A stretch of 64,000 bases of DNA from Chrysomallon squamiferum (Eukaryota > Animalia > Mollusca), in contig CM022666.1 in the NCBI GenBank assembly GCA_012295275.1, positions 13,330,001 through 13,394,000 on the forward strand, given 5' to 3'. The translations under genes and the position numbers were made by a program. Shown in pieces: positions 14,201 through 29,059 of the stretch. Within the stretch, counting starts at the first letter, position 1, and each line of letters starts with the position of its first letter. The notes beneath the pieces are model-generated. The model was not told the origin of the DNA. It did not search any database and saw only the letters and a list, made by a program, of their open reading frames with translations.

Positions 14201-17200
14201 GACTATTATACAGTGTACACATGTAGACTATTATACAGAGTCTGCTGCCCACAGCACAGCTGCCAGTTACTTCATACACACACACACAGATAGATGGATT
14301 TAGTGAGAGAGCCCAACAGAAAATGTTTAATGGCTTTTCATTCACACTCCTGTAAAACAGAACTAGGTTAAACCTGACTTTGCTCTAGATCAATGTTTCT
14401 CAAGGTGTGGCACACACCACACCCTGCCAGTGGGGTGTGGCAGTATTTTGGTGGAGCGTGAGGATTCAGAATTAATTAATCATCATTATATGATGGCTTT
14501 CAAAGCTTTACACTTTCACTTTTTCTAAAGTCTGAAACCATGATTGATGACAAAACTGCTTCACCGTGTTTTAATAAAGTCTTTTGAATACAGATGTAGT
14601 ATGTACCGTAATGCTTCCAACAATGGTGTGGATTTTTATAAAATTCAAAATTTGGGGGCTTGTGATAAACACTGCTCTAGAACAACAATATGGAATAATA
14701 ATTATTTAGTACTGCTTCAAAAAGTTCTTACAAGTAAAATGATGATGGACTGAACTGGAACGTGCTCAAGATCATCAGATAAAAATCTTACTGATATTTT
14801 AAAATGTTCTGAAATAAAACTGGGCTTGATTTTAACTTGTTCAAAATCAAATGTTCCATACTGTTAAATGACTGAACCATTTACTGTTGCATAAAAATAC
14901 GTGATTAAAATAACACTAAAATAAAATTAGGTTGGATTAGAATTCAGTGAAGATTATTCAATTTTTCGTAATCATTTTAATTTGACTTATTCTGAGTAAA
15001 CATAATTTAGTTAAAAATAGATAATATGTATTTGCCAATTATGTTTAGTTAACAAATACTGATGTGGTCAAGACTGTCGAATGTTCTGCAAATAATGCAC
15101 TAAAAGGTTTGGTAAATAACATTTTTTTAAAATACAAGAAATAGGTCATAATCATTATGTTAGCCATAATCATTTAATAATGCATGAAAATGTTCAGTAA
15201 ATACTGAATGAAGTGCAAATAAAGTGAACATAACATGTTGGCACAGACCATATGGAAGTAATGGTTTTCTCCTGGTAGTAACCTACTTGCTGTACTGTAA
15301 GTTGGTCCAGTGTTAACAGCTGGTTTGCCTCACTAGTTTTTCTATATATATAATTATATAAAAATGAAGCACTGCTATTTATCAAAAATTATTACTCTGT
15401 TCCAGTTTAAAGTTCAACTCTAGTATATTAATTTTTTATATTTTTTATTTTAAATTTTCGTGAAATATCCAATTTCTTTTCTGGCTGTTAAGAGTAGTTT
15501 CAAACTGCTGCTATGAAATGAAATTGAAATTTTAATTTGCATGCACATGTTGGCTTAGGAAATATTATTTACACATATGCTAGTACTAGTCAATAATTTT
15601 CATAATTATTACTTATGTGCCTTTTGAACTACAATAATAACGTTATTTTTTTATTTTAAATCTGAATAAACCTAGCTTTTATTCCTGTTTTCATAAAACA
15701 CAGAATTACCAGTGATACAAAATAATTTTAAAGATTACTTGGAATATATTATTTACATTTAATATTTCATTTCCAGTTGTTTTGCCTATAAAATTGTAAA
15801 TTGCTAAATAACCTTGTCAAACAAAATTGCACACAATTAACTTAATACTGACAACAAGATTAGCTGGCTACATACATAATTACAATATTTTATTGCTAAT
15901 AAACTAATATATCTGATTGGGAAATAAATTATTTCATATGGAAAATGAGCCAATCTTTTTCTTTTAATATTCGCTGGTAATACAGTAATATTTACATATT
16001 CAAAAAACCAAATCAAAACAGACCAATAAATGTTGAGTTAAAAGCAGAGAATGTTCCAGCTATGATCAAAATGTGAATGTTTACGTATTTTCAACGTTAC
16101 TCATTCTTTCCGACTTGTATGAAAAGGTAATGATAATGTTCACATGTTAAACATAACAAATTTATCAAAGATTTTATACTGTAAAAAGAAACAAACATAA
16201 AAATAAATTTAAAAACTAAATAGTCCATGGCTAAAAAAGGTTAATCAATTTAAAAGGTAATTCATTCAATTTAAAAATTCTAACTGAAGAAAAACATTCA
16301 ACAAATACAAAACAAGCATAAATGAAAAGAATTACCTGTTGCATTATGACATTAAGATGCTTAATAATTCATCAGACATTAATTAGTTACTACTGATATA
16401 GTTAATTATATTTATATGTGATTAATCAAATCAATATAATTATCATGATTAAATAGTTGTTATACATGCATTAATAAAAAATTAAAAAAAGAAGACTATG
16501 ATAATAATAATCAGATAACACGTAATAAAAATGAAACAAAAACAAATCTTGTTAAGAATGTACATTCTAACAAACAACACACACAAACACAGATATATAT
16601 TCACAAACACAGATATATATTTACAAACAATGAATTCCCAACCGTCCCCAAATGTACACAATTTGTTAATAACAGGCAAGAAAATAAAATATTACTAAAT
16701 TTTAGTGCATTCAGATTATTCTACTATGCATTCAACTACCGTATTATTGCTGCTAAAGGTTTTATTTGTTTTATTTAAAATTTTTTTTTGTTTCTTTTTT
16801 AATTCTATTGTGTTTTTCTACAACTACGTGAGTCAGGCAGTTTATGTTGGTTACACACTCCAGGCAAAAGCTGCATGCAAAATATCATCATTGAAAGTTG
16901 GCTTTTGAAAAGTTCTAAAACTGAAATATAAACGTAAGAAAATAAACAAATTACATATTTTTTTTAGTTAGATTATTCTCCGTGTAACTTATTTATAACT
17001 TGTAGGCTAAATTAGCTGAACATGTTGCAACACACATTTGTTTATAAATAATTCAAATTCTCTATTGTGTAACATACGATGTAAATAAACACGATGGGTG
17101 TTAACTTGGTTGTGTAAACAGGAATCCTTACAAAACTTTTAAGTGGCCATAAAATATATTTCTCTTACTTCCACATCAGGAAAAAAGCAAAACAAAAAAA

Positions 17201-19492
17201 CCCAACAGTATTACTAATTTTACAGAAAAATAACATTTTGTTTCTTACAACAAATCTCAATATTTCATAAAATTATGACAGTGCAGTGAACAAGAGTTAA
17301 GTCCCTTTGTGTTCCTGTTTTACTGAAGCACAGACTGGCATGGTAACAACTCATATGAAGGTATTAAGTGAAATGGTGGATTCTTCTAGTTTTGGTACAA
17401 ACCGAACGTAATGTTACTCACAATATTTACCTTAATAATGGTACTAACCTCAGATTAAAATAAGAAAACTGAATTACAATATACATCTATATTATGTTAA
17501 CACATTTCCAGATTTATTCTTTACTAATAACTATGAATCATAAATGATGTTACAATTAGTCAGTTTTTCAGGTTATTATTGTATCTACTGTAATTATTAA
17601 ATGGATAGGCAATTTTATGTCTACAGTTGCAATAGCCAAATATATTTAGAATCTGTATCTCCAGGCTTTTATTACGAGGTAATTTAATTAGCAATATTAT
17701 TATATCCTGAGGATTTCACAAAATCAATAATGATTTATTGATTGTATTCATTTGGGGCAGTTTTAGCTGATACCTTCATTTTAATACTGAACATCTTTGA
17801 TTATACATGCAGTATTTTTTTATCAAGAATAGCTCACTGAGATTATTACTATCTTTTTTTTTCCTTCTCACATGTCCTAATCCCTCTGTACAAAAACAAA
17901 AAACTCTAAAGCTAAGAGATGTATTTCAAGATTTATTTCAAAGTTTGAAACAAATATTCATTTACTAGTGTGCTATGAATATTTGTGAACACAAGTACAG
18001 AATATATTCAGATTTGAATAAAAACTATATCATTTGAAAAGTTAAATGGATTGACAGATTTTGAAACTGAATTTTGTTCTGGGGATAGGGCCTAACCTTA
18101 TTTCAGTGCAAGCAAAGAACATTCAGTTTGAAAAAGGATGCAGACTGGTTGCACAGATCTTTAGGAGCTGTAATAGCTATATTCTTTTTTTTTTAAAGTC
18201 TGAAACATACTTTTACAGGTTTGCAATTGAATAAAACTTATTATTTTTGACTAGAAAATGAAACGACTCAAATTACTGTGCACAAATATCAACAGCATAA
18301 TGAATTCATGAAACAAAATATACAAAAACCGTCTTTCAGTTAAATAAAACTGCCAGGTAAATGCGTAACTAATTTAAAAAAAAAAAAAAAATGTATAAAG
18401 TGTACAAGTTCTCTTTCAATCGCAAACAGACTCTAAATACATAATGTGGATAAGAGAACAGTGGGGCCAGTGTTTGTTTTCATGCCTTGCAAATGATCCA
18501 GACCTACAAATAGCTCTCTGTCCATCTACAACTAAACGTATGCAAATACCCAGAAAGGTGAAGTGAGGCGTGAACATGTACTGTTCGCGACAAATCAGTA
18601 CCCTCTCCAGTCGGTACTACTTGTACCTGTACCTGTGCCAGTCAGACAGAGGCTGTCCACACACGTATGGTAAACAGTCTATTTTTAACAGTGTCACTCG
18701 GTAGGGGACTTTGCTCCATATCAAATGCATACAAATTAAACATGAAAGCACCTGCTGACTAAATATAATTGTACTCTAAACTTACTTTCTCCATGATTTT
18801 CTTTTTAATTTTAAACACTGAAGAAAAAAGTGAAATAAAAAGAATAATTATGAATTCATTTTTTTTTGTTGTTGTTGTTTTGCGAGGTTTCTTAATCTTC
18901 AAAATGCTAAGAACATGTAATTCAGATTCAGACAGCCTGATATGAAACACTATTAGAAAAAAAATAATAATAAAAATGAAAAAAATATTACAAAGTACAA
19001 TATACAGAGCCATATGTTAATGTTTATAAATTTATTATCATACAGATTTGTATCTTCAGTCTTAATAATACTTTTGAAGTTTTCGAGTTGAACCCTGTAT
19101 GCTATTTTAGAAGTTACGGTAGTTTTGATAAACCATTATCACAAACATGACTGATTATACAGAGTATCCCTGCACAAGCACTGAGTCTGACCAGGGTTTG
19201 CAAACATCTGCGAAGTAAAAATATAAAAAAAGCCCCTTTGGCTAATTTCTCTGAGGCATATCTGTGTCAGAAATCAGCTTCAACTACAACATATAGGCCA
19301 TGTGTTCAGCCTAAAGGTAAGTACGTGGATATTGTACAAAACAAGTTCAGTGATCAAAACAACATGTTTGTCTGCTGCATCTAACACAAGTTCATTAACT
19401 TGTCCAGATGTCAGAACTTCTGACTGATTCATACTTGTAAAACCATGTAACTCCTCAAATGTTACAATTATATTTACAAACAGAAAGAAAAC

Positions 19493-19527
<35 letters not shown>

Positions 19528-20255
19528 ATTGAGATAATGATTTTACAGAATTTATTTCCTTGTTAACACTTGGAAACTAATTCAGACTTACAAAATCCTG
19601 CAACTTCTGAAATGTTACTATTATATTTACAAACAGAAAGAAAATTAAAAACTATTAAATAAATTAAAAAGTTAAATAATGTTCATACAGAATTCATTTC
19701 CTTGTTAATGGTTGAGACTAATTCACACTTACAAAAACACGTAACTTCTGAAGTGTTACAACTATTTTACAAACAGAAAGAAAATGCAAAAAAATAAAAA
19801 TAAAAATGTAATAAATGTTCTTTATTAAGATAAATCTACTGAAAACGGAATGAATATATATCACCCATGTATTTTTTGCAGAAGAAAAGTTGATGCTGCC
19901 ATAACATCAGTTAACATTATCAATAAAAAAATAAAAAAAGATCTGTCTCAACACTGGAAAGTTTACCAGTTATATATTCTTGCCTTTGATATACATTAAA
20001 CTTTGAAGAATACCACCTATAACAGGAAAATGCAACAGGGATCACATGAAAAAATGTTGATGACTCACTGAAGATCTGTATTTTTATTGTTGCGTTTATT
20101 TTAGGATAGATAAACTCTTTCTTTTTTTAATCCATTATCTTAAAAATATAAAAAAATTTACATAGGCATCATTGACATTTATTATCTTTCAAACGAGACA
20201 GAGCAGATTTTGTTACTAAAATAATTTAACAGAGTGAAAGAAAAAAGTTTTATAT

Positions 20256-20292
<37 letters not shown>

Positions 20293-23200
20293 GCCTGACA
20301 CACAAATACATATATACATATACATTGTACGCATATATATACATATATAGACACAAACAAATGCCACTATTTCAATGCTGTCGAACGTAAGGCAACCTGG
20401 CCAATGAAAACAGACACGGTAAGACACATCAAGTACATGTGCACCTAAATTAGCCAGTGCACGTATGAACAAGCATTGACCAAGTTTCTAGTCATTTCCA
20501 CAACCATATTTACATTTCTTAGAAAACAAGCTCTCGTTAAAAACTGGACTGAGGGAAAGATGTGAATTCCATACGAGAAATTATAAACATGTTTGTTTTT
20601 AAACAGCATTTATTTCCAAATTCAACAGGTATCTTCTAAGGCACTTGGATATTTCAGAAACATGTATAATAAATACATTATTTAAAAACAAATAATTTTC
20701 TTGGAAAAAAAGTATTTTTGCTAAAAAAGGACAGTTTAATCATCACAACTGATGGTTTAAGTCTGTCACGATACTGGTTCACATGTACGAAAGAAATGAC
20801 TGTTTAGTTGATGCAAACATTTCTCACTTCTATAAAGGTAATCAATTAAAAAGTATGAAGTCAGTTTTCAGTTCTACATGAACCAACCAGTTGATAAAGC
20901 TTTGATCATGTTAAGCCAGCCCATGTGTTTACTTCAGAAATTTCAGTAAAGCTTGTCTACTGGGTTAGCTTAATGTTCAGATCAACTCAACATTTCTGTA
21001 ACCTGAATTGTTTTTTTTTTTCTTAATCAAAAATTATACCACTCATCGGGGGGGGTTGTTTTCCTTCTGAAAGTTATGGAAAGTTTTGACTAAAACAATA
21101 AATAAGAAAATATGCACCAACTAGATCAATATGTCCTGAGAAGCTTTCCAAAAATATAATTCAAATATGTTAATTGAAGATTTTAAAATTTACACACCAT
21201 TTAATCATAAATTAGCTTCCTCAGAAAAAACAATTAAAATGTGTATTTTTACAAAGCAAAACTGATATCGGAACACTGAATTAAGTATGGAAATGCAATC
21301 AATGTGTTAATTTGTAACATAAAATTTATTTCTCAACCCTGAATGTTTTGTGATTTATTTCATCACGGATTTATCCTTCTTACAAATAAAGCAGCAATAA
21401 CCAAAGTTGACATTTTATTTGCCACAATTATTTTTATCCTATTTTTTTTCAAGCATTACGGATTAACCTTTTGACTTTTTCAGATATTAAAACTTTTCTT
21501 GAATAAGATCTTGCATAATTTTCTACTACATCTTTTCTACGGGGGTCACATCCTGTTGACTGAAACCTGAACGTGAAAAGAACACTGACATCGAATCATC
21601 AATACAAACAAGTGGACTCCTATCCCCAGTCCATGACCCACCAACCCACTTTACAACTGAGCACCACGGCTCATTAATAGAAACCAACTGTTAGGGAAAA
21701 ACCACACGCATGCACAAACGCCATTATAAACAGTAATTCATTCATTCTGCGTTTTCACAAACAGGGACAAAAGTGTATTGTTAATCGGTTCTTTTCAACC
21801 AATTTGCTGGACGCTTCCCGCATAGTTCCACACTTCCAGTGGGAAGTGGGCAGATCAAGAACCGGGAACATCAACAGCCCAGAAGACCCATGGCTAGTGG
21901 GTGGCCAGTCAACAAGTGCAAAGTCCAGATGACCACAGTTTCACCTGTAGCTTCTTCATGTGACCTACACTTGCCCAAGGCCGTAACAGTATCTTTTCTT
22001 TTTTCCCCCATTTAATTTCTAATTATTGTGAAAACAAACGAACAAGAAAATCTTTTTTTTCTCCCTAATCCACAAAGAAAAGCTTTTATTCGTTTCACCT
22101 GTAGGTTCTTTGTATCAATGTAGACTTTCCAAAAGGCAGAACAAATGCAATGTGTTGTCTGAACAAGTAATTGAACTAAAACTGTTCATAACAACCTACA
22201 CTTACTGTCAACTCACTTATTCACCAACACACAAAAATGACTCACACCGAAATAAGTTTCCACTTACCACCAAGAAACAGAAACTTCTATTGTCTAATAA
22301 TTTGTATATTTAAAAAAGAAAAAAAAAGTAACACTTAAGTAATTTCCTTTAACTGTGAGAGTTTAATAATTATAATAATGTGTGTTTTTGTAATGGGAGG
22401 TGTATGGAGGGGGTGTATTTAATTAATCCAGACACTTGCATTTACTGTTACAAACAATTTCGAAAATCACCAAAATAAACGCAACAAGTCTATTCACAAT
22501 ACAAACACACCAGTCACACTTGAACTCCCTAGGGGCCAAAACCAATAACTATTATCAAGGAAAGATAATAATGTACCTACAGCACTATAACAATAACAGT
22601 TCACCACACCTTTTTCTTTAAATTCATACAGGTGCAGGTAATGTTAAGATCTTGAAATATAAACAGTGGATATATTATGTTTTTTTTCTTTTCTTTTTCC
22701 CCATTAACAAAAATAAAACATAAGCCAGATAATGCTTTAACTGTTAATCACTGGGTATCAAGTACAAACAGGATTGGCAAAAACTGAACACGTGTAGTGT
22801 AATAAGATGAAATTATCATATCTATATTTTTAAAATGATTATTAATAGTTCTTATTCATTTATCATTATGTTTTTGTTTGTTTTGTTTTCCATTTTTTAT
22901 ATATATATATTATTATTATTATTACTAATATTATTATTTTAATATTATTTTGTCATGTCTGTTTTATTGGTCTTTTTAATACTAGTTCTAAAATATTTTA
23001 ATAAATAAAACTACTTTTTTGGAATAGAAACTTCTTTAAATATGAATCATAAAGCAAGCAAAAGAAACTGAAGCTAATGAATATGTATCTGTGAATACAA
23101 CCAACTCACTACCAGTTCCCAAGTCATCTCAGATTTAATTTTACATCTGCAGTGTTGAATTTAAAAACACAAGATACACATTTTTAAGAAAAGGAAAAAA

Positions 23201-26200
23201 ATAAAAGATAAATAAAAAAAAAAAACACTAAATTAAAATAAATAATAATAATAAATTTTTTTAGATTTTAAAAAAAAAATACACTCTAAATTTAAAAATA
23301 CTGGAAAATGATTTTAGACAAATGTATCCCTAACTTGACCCAACAATCAATGAAAACCAGAAAGAATGCAGATGAAAGGTAGTCAGATGTACCACTCTGA
23401 CAAAACGAGTAGGTAACTTAGTATGATATATGGGTTAAAAAATAATATTTGTGTGTAGAACTAGATAACATGAATCCAGTAGGTTAACCAGCAGGTGTTG
23501 GGGTTAATGAGGACATCGACTTGATTTTCTAATAGGCCTGCAGCAGTGGATTTCATTTCAAATGGATTACACACTTGCTGTTTATAAAATAAGGACAATG
23601 TGTGTGAAGAAATTAATGTATCCATTTTAAAACAAATCGCCCAGAGCTTACCAAAAACAGCAGTGTGTGATATTGAACACAATCAATTTATTAGTAATTA
23701 CCCAACAGCTAGACTAATTTGTTATACTTTATTGTATTAAAAATGTTTATATAAAGTGAGTGTTGCTCAAATTTATTTACGGTTTATCTACAAATAAATA
23801 AATTATAATTGTTGCCATTATTAAAATAAATGCATGTTACTGTTTAACGTGAAGCAGAAAATCCCTACAGAAATGATAGAAAGTGAATATTTTTGTGATT
23901 GTTCCCATTTGCCAGTGAAAACCTGAATTTGTCAAAAGGGTCACAACTCAACAAATGATGCAATACATTTCTAATACAATTCTTATATCTACTCTCAATA
24001 CTCATTTAAGAAGAATTTAAAAATTTAAAAAGAAAAAAAAATGTCAAATTAGACTTGGATTGGACTACCATATTTAAAAGTTTAACCACTTTGAAACGAA
24101 TATGTGCATCCATTTACACCCTTTTTGAAAACGTCATCAGATCAACTAATAATTGCAATTAAACGTAACAAGAGAAAGAATTTTTATGAAGAGAGGTGAA
24201 AATATGAAGCAGAATTTCTAATAAACTGACAAAAATTACAACAAAATATGTAATGTAATCTTTACAAGATTCTGAATGAAGATAATAGTCTTGTATTATA
24301 AATTCTGCATGTTTCCATGACATTATTTTATCATGGTTTAAAATATTCATGATGGCATGAAGAGAATGCTATCTTAGAAATATGATCCATTTTCCTAGCA
24401 CAATCAACTTCACTGGACATTGTTATACAGTTCAAAAAGATTTTCTCAACTTGAATGGACAAAGAATATGTGTAGGATGAACAATAAATACACTTTAAAA
24501 ATCAACATTTATTTATTGTTTTCAAAAAAAATAAAAGACAAAACAATCCTCAAAAGATTCAAAAAAAAAAAAATATTAATAATAAATATAAAAAAAAAAT
24601 AAAGTATCATATTACTTATACCAAACTACCGTTTGTTTTATGAAAAGAGGAATAGAAATTAATAATTCATTTTGGAAAGATCAAATTTCAGTATGAAGCA
24701 CAAAGCTCTTTTTGAAAACCGTTTCTCGTGCACTGCTCCAAGACACAGACACTGAGTTGTTCTTGGTTGCCATGGTAAAACAATGTTTGCAAACTACATT
24801 GTACACACACAGTCCGTGCCCAAGTTTCTTATCTTTCATACAGAAGGATTATTTGCCCAGGATATCATGGCATCAAATCGGGTTCAACAATTTTCTTCAA
24901 GTTCCACCCACCACTTAAACTAGTCATCTGCATGAGCTGGCAAATATTTTTAGGGGATTTTTTATTTTTTTTATTTTTTATTCATGATATGAATAATATC
25001 TTGAAACTTTATAAAACTTTACATAGATTAAAAAATGACTCATCCAACATATTTAAAATGCCGAGGATGATGTATCTGAAAGAATTTGGGAAAAAAATGT
25101 AATCAACTAATACATTTCATTACTAAGAAAATAGAAAAAATATAAATTTTGATATTTAAATGCCTGTTGATTTAAGGCAATTCCAGCAAGAACTGCATTA
25201 AATACAGATGTGCATGCAACTTTTTGTCTCAATTAGTTTTTGCAATCATTTACACATGGTCATCAATCATCCAGAGAAGTTGTTGACGTTTCTCTAGTTT
25301 TGGATCAAACTAAACTATTTGCTAAATAAATTCTAAAATATTCCAGATGAATTCAATCGAAAAAATATATATATTTTTTTAATTTCCTAATATTATTGCA
25401 TGTATGTTACCTGACCATTTTTTGAAACAAAAAGATAAGGTACTTAAATAAATAATAAAAATAGATTCTGTAAACTTTCTATAATTAAAATTTCTTTTAA
25501 GATTAAATTTTTGGAATAAATGGTTTGGAACTTTTAATATTTCATCAACAAAATTTTTAAATATTTGGTATTAATTAAAATTAAAAACTTTTTGATAATG
25601 AAATATTTACTCTTTCAATATAGTCTACCAAATTTTACATCCGTACACTAGAAAATGTCTAAAACCATTCACAGGGTGTCTGATCAATGGAGAACATCCT
25701 TCATGCAAATGGCCAACCAGGTCTCCCACGGAAACAAACAGGGCTGTTTCTAGTTTTACACTTGACAAACAAACTGGACAAATGCTGTGTACTGAGAAAA
25801 AATTCCCCAAACAGTAAACATCCTCCCCGTTTCATTCAGCTACAGGTTTGCGAATTTCAAACAATCTCTCAACTTAGACATTACTTCATTGACGAACAAT
25901 GCCAGCCCACACCAAATCGATTCTTCTTTGCCCGCCATTCACCAATACAGACATAGGAAATTTACAGTGAATGTTTTAATACCTTTATCTGTTCTTGTGT
26001 CTTTGAAAAAAAAAAGGCATCATAGCAGATGCATCATCTATACACACACATATCAAATCAATATGCATAATACAGATTTAACTAAAAAAGTGCCAGCAAT
26101 GTCTTAAATGTGCATCTATTTTGAGCATTTTGTTAAAAACTTCTCTGCTGAAGATGTTTTTAACAATAATAAATTACTCCTTTAAAAGTTTTAATAAAGT

Positions 26201-28688
26201 TTTGTTCAGTGCTTAGCTGTTGGTGTTTTTTGTTTTTGTGGGTTTTTTGTTTTTTTGTTGTTGTGTTTTTTAAATCAATGAAGTGTTAAATTGTTATTTA
26301 TCTTTTACTAGTTCATTTTATAAAATATCTGTTTTATAGAAATCTGAATTATGAAAAAAAAAGTGTCTAGATCCTTTGAAATACATAATTCAAAGTACTT
26401 TCGAATTTGGGAAATGAATGAATTTTTTTTGTTTTGTTAACAGGGTACATTACAATTATTTTAAAGGCTTTTTAAATTATTTATCAGAATCTGTGTATAC
26501 CCTTTGAGACTGAGAATTTTCTTTTATTATTCATTCAGTATCAGTAGCTGCTAAACAGTAGTGGCTTGTTCAATAGGCAAATTAACACCCAAGCTGAAGC
26601 ATATCACTAACAAGAAAACAATTATACGGATTAGATTTAACAAAAGAACAAATGTATGCAGATACATCCTGAAATACAGCATTACAGATTAGCTGTCTGC
26701 CCACACAGGAAAACAACAATAAAAACACTGGATGTGTACTGTGCGATGATGATAACAGTGGGCCAACTACTTCCTGGAGTGCATGAGAACAAAACTGAAA
26801 CCCAGAACTGTGGTAATCTGCTAATATATACAGTATTACCACTTAACACCTCAAACCTAAAAATACGAAGGCGTCATTATGTAAACGACTTGTATCATTA
26901 TATGTCAATACTTACAACAGTCAGTTGTTATTTAACATTCAGACTGCTAATATGTAGGTATACACCACTCTAGAACATACTGAGACTTTAAATAAATACA
27001 CCACATTCATATCAGTATGTAATTTCACCCCCAAAAAACAAACAAAAAATAAATAATAATAATCTGTTAGGAAAATGATATGTAACCTGTCCAGTGGTTC
27101 ATGAAACAAACAAGAACCAAGATGTCAAATTATTCAATAAGTAATGAATATTGTTGAAACATCTTAATTAGACAAAGCAAATTCTAAGAGACAAATTATA
27201 AATTATATTTATGTTACAAACTTGTCCAGATCTCTGTGCACTGAATATATATGTATTTTTCTACTTTTTTTTTTTATTAACATCAAATGTTAAAACAAAA
27301 TAATTAAAAATAACCACTCAAGAATTTTCAGTTGCTACTTCTACTGATAAGCATGAATTGAAGATTCACATTCATCTGTGATATTAAAAAATGTTTTAAT
27401 TTATTTTAGCATCTGTATTATAACAGTAATTGTATTGCACTTGGAGTAGCAGATCAGATTTTTTCTTAAATAGTAATTATTCGTTCATAAATCTAATATT
27501 CAGTAGATAATTAATATTAATATATATTTGAATATAGGTGTATTTTGATGTTTAATGTTAACTAAAAAACTGTTAACAAAGTTGAATTTTCTGTTCATCA
27601 TAATCATATGATGATTATTCAAAGTGCATGTAAAACAGTAGTATAAAGGACCCCAGCATACCTTAATTTAAAAAAAGTCGAAGCATTCTGTTACTGATAT
27701 TGAGTTAATTTGTTCAAAACCATATATTAACTACAACCTGCAAAATTAGAAAATCTATAACTGACTCAGCTCTAGCTTGTGAAAGATTTTACTATTAAAA
27801 ATATATATAACTGTAAAATATTATATTAGTATAAGACTATTTTAAGGGTATGTTGCAACATGTTCAACTATTTGATTGGGATACTAAATTATTTTTAATA
27901 AATAACTCATATATAAATAACGTTTGCTTTAATTACATAGTGTATAGCTCATACAGAAACAGCCCGACTGCTAATTCAGAATTTACTTTTGGTGTTTGCC
28001 TTTAGGCTGCAGCTGTCAAACTTCAAAAAGTTTTGCTCACGGCCATTTGCTAGTTAATATAGTTGAAAAAACGACATAAAATGAAATAATTCATACCTCA
28101 TAATAAGCAAAGTATACATTAACGCTAGAGAAAAATATTATTATTATACCCCGACATTACGAAATGTTGTTATCGTTAGTAAACCATCCCCTAACCAAAT
28201 CAAAATGGCGTCCAAGACAACTAAAGCCAACTTTCGCCGACTTACTTCAGAAAGTACCTTTGTCCCTGGGAAGTTTTAGCCATATCCCATCCTGGAGGCA
28301 GCGGCTGGTCGTCTGACAGAATGTCGCAACTTTGTTGTCGTGTATGTGGAGGGGGTAACTGTGGGGGTGCGGCACTGAGGGTCTGTTGAAGGCTTGCAGG
28401 GGAGGAGTGGGCTCGGCCGTGAGAAATTACGTTCCCGTGTCCTCCGACCGAATTAGGCGTGGCCGGGTACCCGGTGGAATCGGAGCTGTCCTCACGTATG
28501 TGACCAACGTGCTTCTGTGCCCCTGGGTTGAAAAAAGAAGGTGGGAGGTTTCTCATGCGAAAGGGAATAGAACCCTTATTGTCCGACGGATTCATTGCAA
28601 AATTGAACAGCGCTTCCAGTTCTGTGTCACTGTTTTCTCGCACGTGAACTACCTGAGAACCTTTACGTTCTGTTCGGTCCTGCGACAT
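277..28688 (-). CDS. YAP1: YAP/Yorkie Hippo-pathway transcriptional co-activator (5' partial: first three coding exons, continues beyond window start)
   Basis: Exons 28688-28246, 1372-1149 and 485-277 have GT-AG boundaries and compatible phases (2, 1, 0). The protein shows the TEAD-binding region (ELEALF...[12 protein letters not shown]), four LATS HxRxxS motifs ([26 protein letters not shown]), WW1 ([19 protein letters not shown]|[12 protein letters not shown]), WW2 ([30 protein letters not shown]), polyQ, then a coiled coil ([21 protein letters not shown]). Confidence 0.96.
1149..1372 (-). CDS. YAP1: YAP coding exon 2 (end of WW1 and complete WW2)
   Basis: Acceptor cctttcag|T CAC CTC ACA CAG; donor GTT C|GTAAGT. 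Translates as [14 protein letters not shown]...[34 protein letters not shown]. This frame is not shown in the ORF track. Confidence 0.95.
4941..5508. repeat. Degenerate (GT)n/(GTAT)n microsatellite, ~570 bp
   Basis: Direct inspection; it produces the spurious CV/HT-rich ORFs. Confidence 0.95.
6922..8170. repeat. Composite minisatellite, ~16 units of a ~70-bp core plus variable (GT)n
   Basis: Core agtccaggtaca(a)tataaagagactgaacactcactcacctacattacattcactacaaatatcacagact followed by (gt)n. The shortest period is about 79 bp (7006 to 7085). Confidence 0.95.
12405..12910. repeat. Tandem repeat with (CA)-rich spacers
   Basis: Core cataaatcaaagag(a/c)cttgatctgaaaacctatcagacctctcagatgggtgt at ~12576, ~12750 and ~12858, plus a degenerate copy at ~12475. 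Confidence 0.85.
14391..14674. mobile_element. hAT-Charlie-like non-autonomous MITE
   Basis: Imperfect TIRs CAATGTTTCTCA / (reverse complement) CAGTGTTTATCA. Flanked by an 8-bp near-duplication CTCTAGAT (14383-90) / CTCTAGAA (14675-82), which matches the NTCTAGAN target preference of Charlie elements. Confidence 0.65.
19436..19790. repeat. Three-copy degenerate tandem repeat (~135-150 bp)
   Basis: The motif aacttctgaaatgttacaattatatttacaaacagaaagaaaa recurs at ~19449, ~19602 and ~19743. Confidence 0.75.
28246..28688 (-). CDS. YAP1: YAP coding exon 1 (TEAD-binding domain, LATS sites, first half of WW1)
   Basis: ORF track 28242..28688; donor AA|GTAAG at 28245. Confidence 0.96.
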
Positions 28689-29059
28689 TTTGAAGTGTTA
28701 ATAGTATTTACAAATAATACACAAATCCCTGAAATTCACCCACAGCACAAAATCCACTCCTCCAACGAAAGAGCGACAGATAAATCCTGAAGTTTTCCTG
28801 GCGATATTTTTCTGACTGGAGGCACCATCAAACTTTAACACGAAATTGAGTTTACCCAGTCCATTTCACGCTGAGTGTAACAGGTAGAAGGCTCCGCAAG
28901 ACGAAAGAGTTCCACGTAAACAAATCAATATTATATAGAATAGTGTTATAATTTTATTACTGCTTTCAACAAATTGATCACAACATTTTCCAGTTGACAA
29001 CAAGGATGGATACCGTGCTTGTCCTTTTCGGAAGCTAATAGTTATTGCCACTTGTCAGC

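Noticed and set aside
21585-21673. Possible tRNA-derived SINE head (minus strand GAGCCGTGGTGCTCAGTTG)
   Set aside because: It has only an A-box-like stretch, with no clear B box, tail or target-site duplication.
28386-28790. 134-aa antisense ORF over YAP exon 1
   Set aside because: It is a shadow of a GC-rich coding exon, has a non-ATG start and shows no recognisable similarity.
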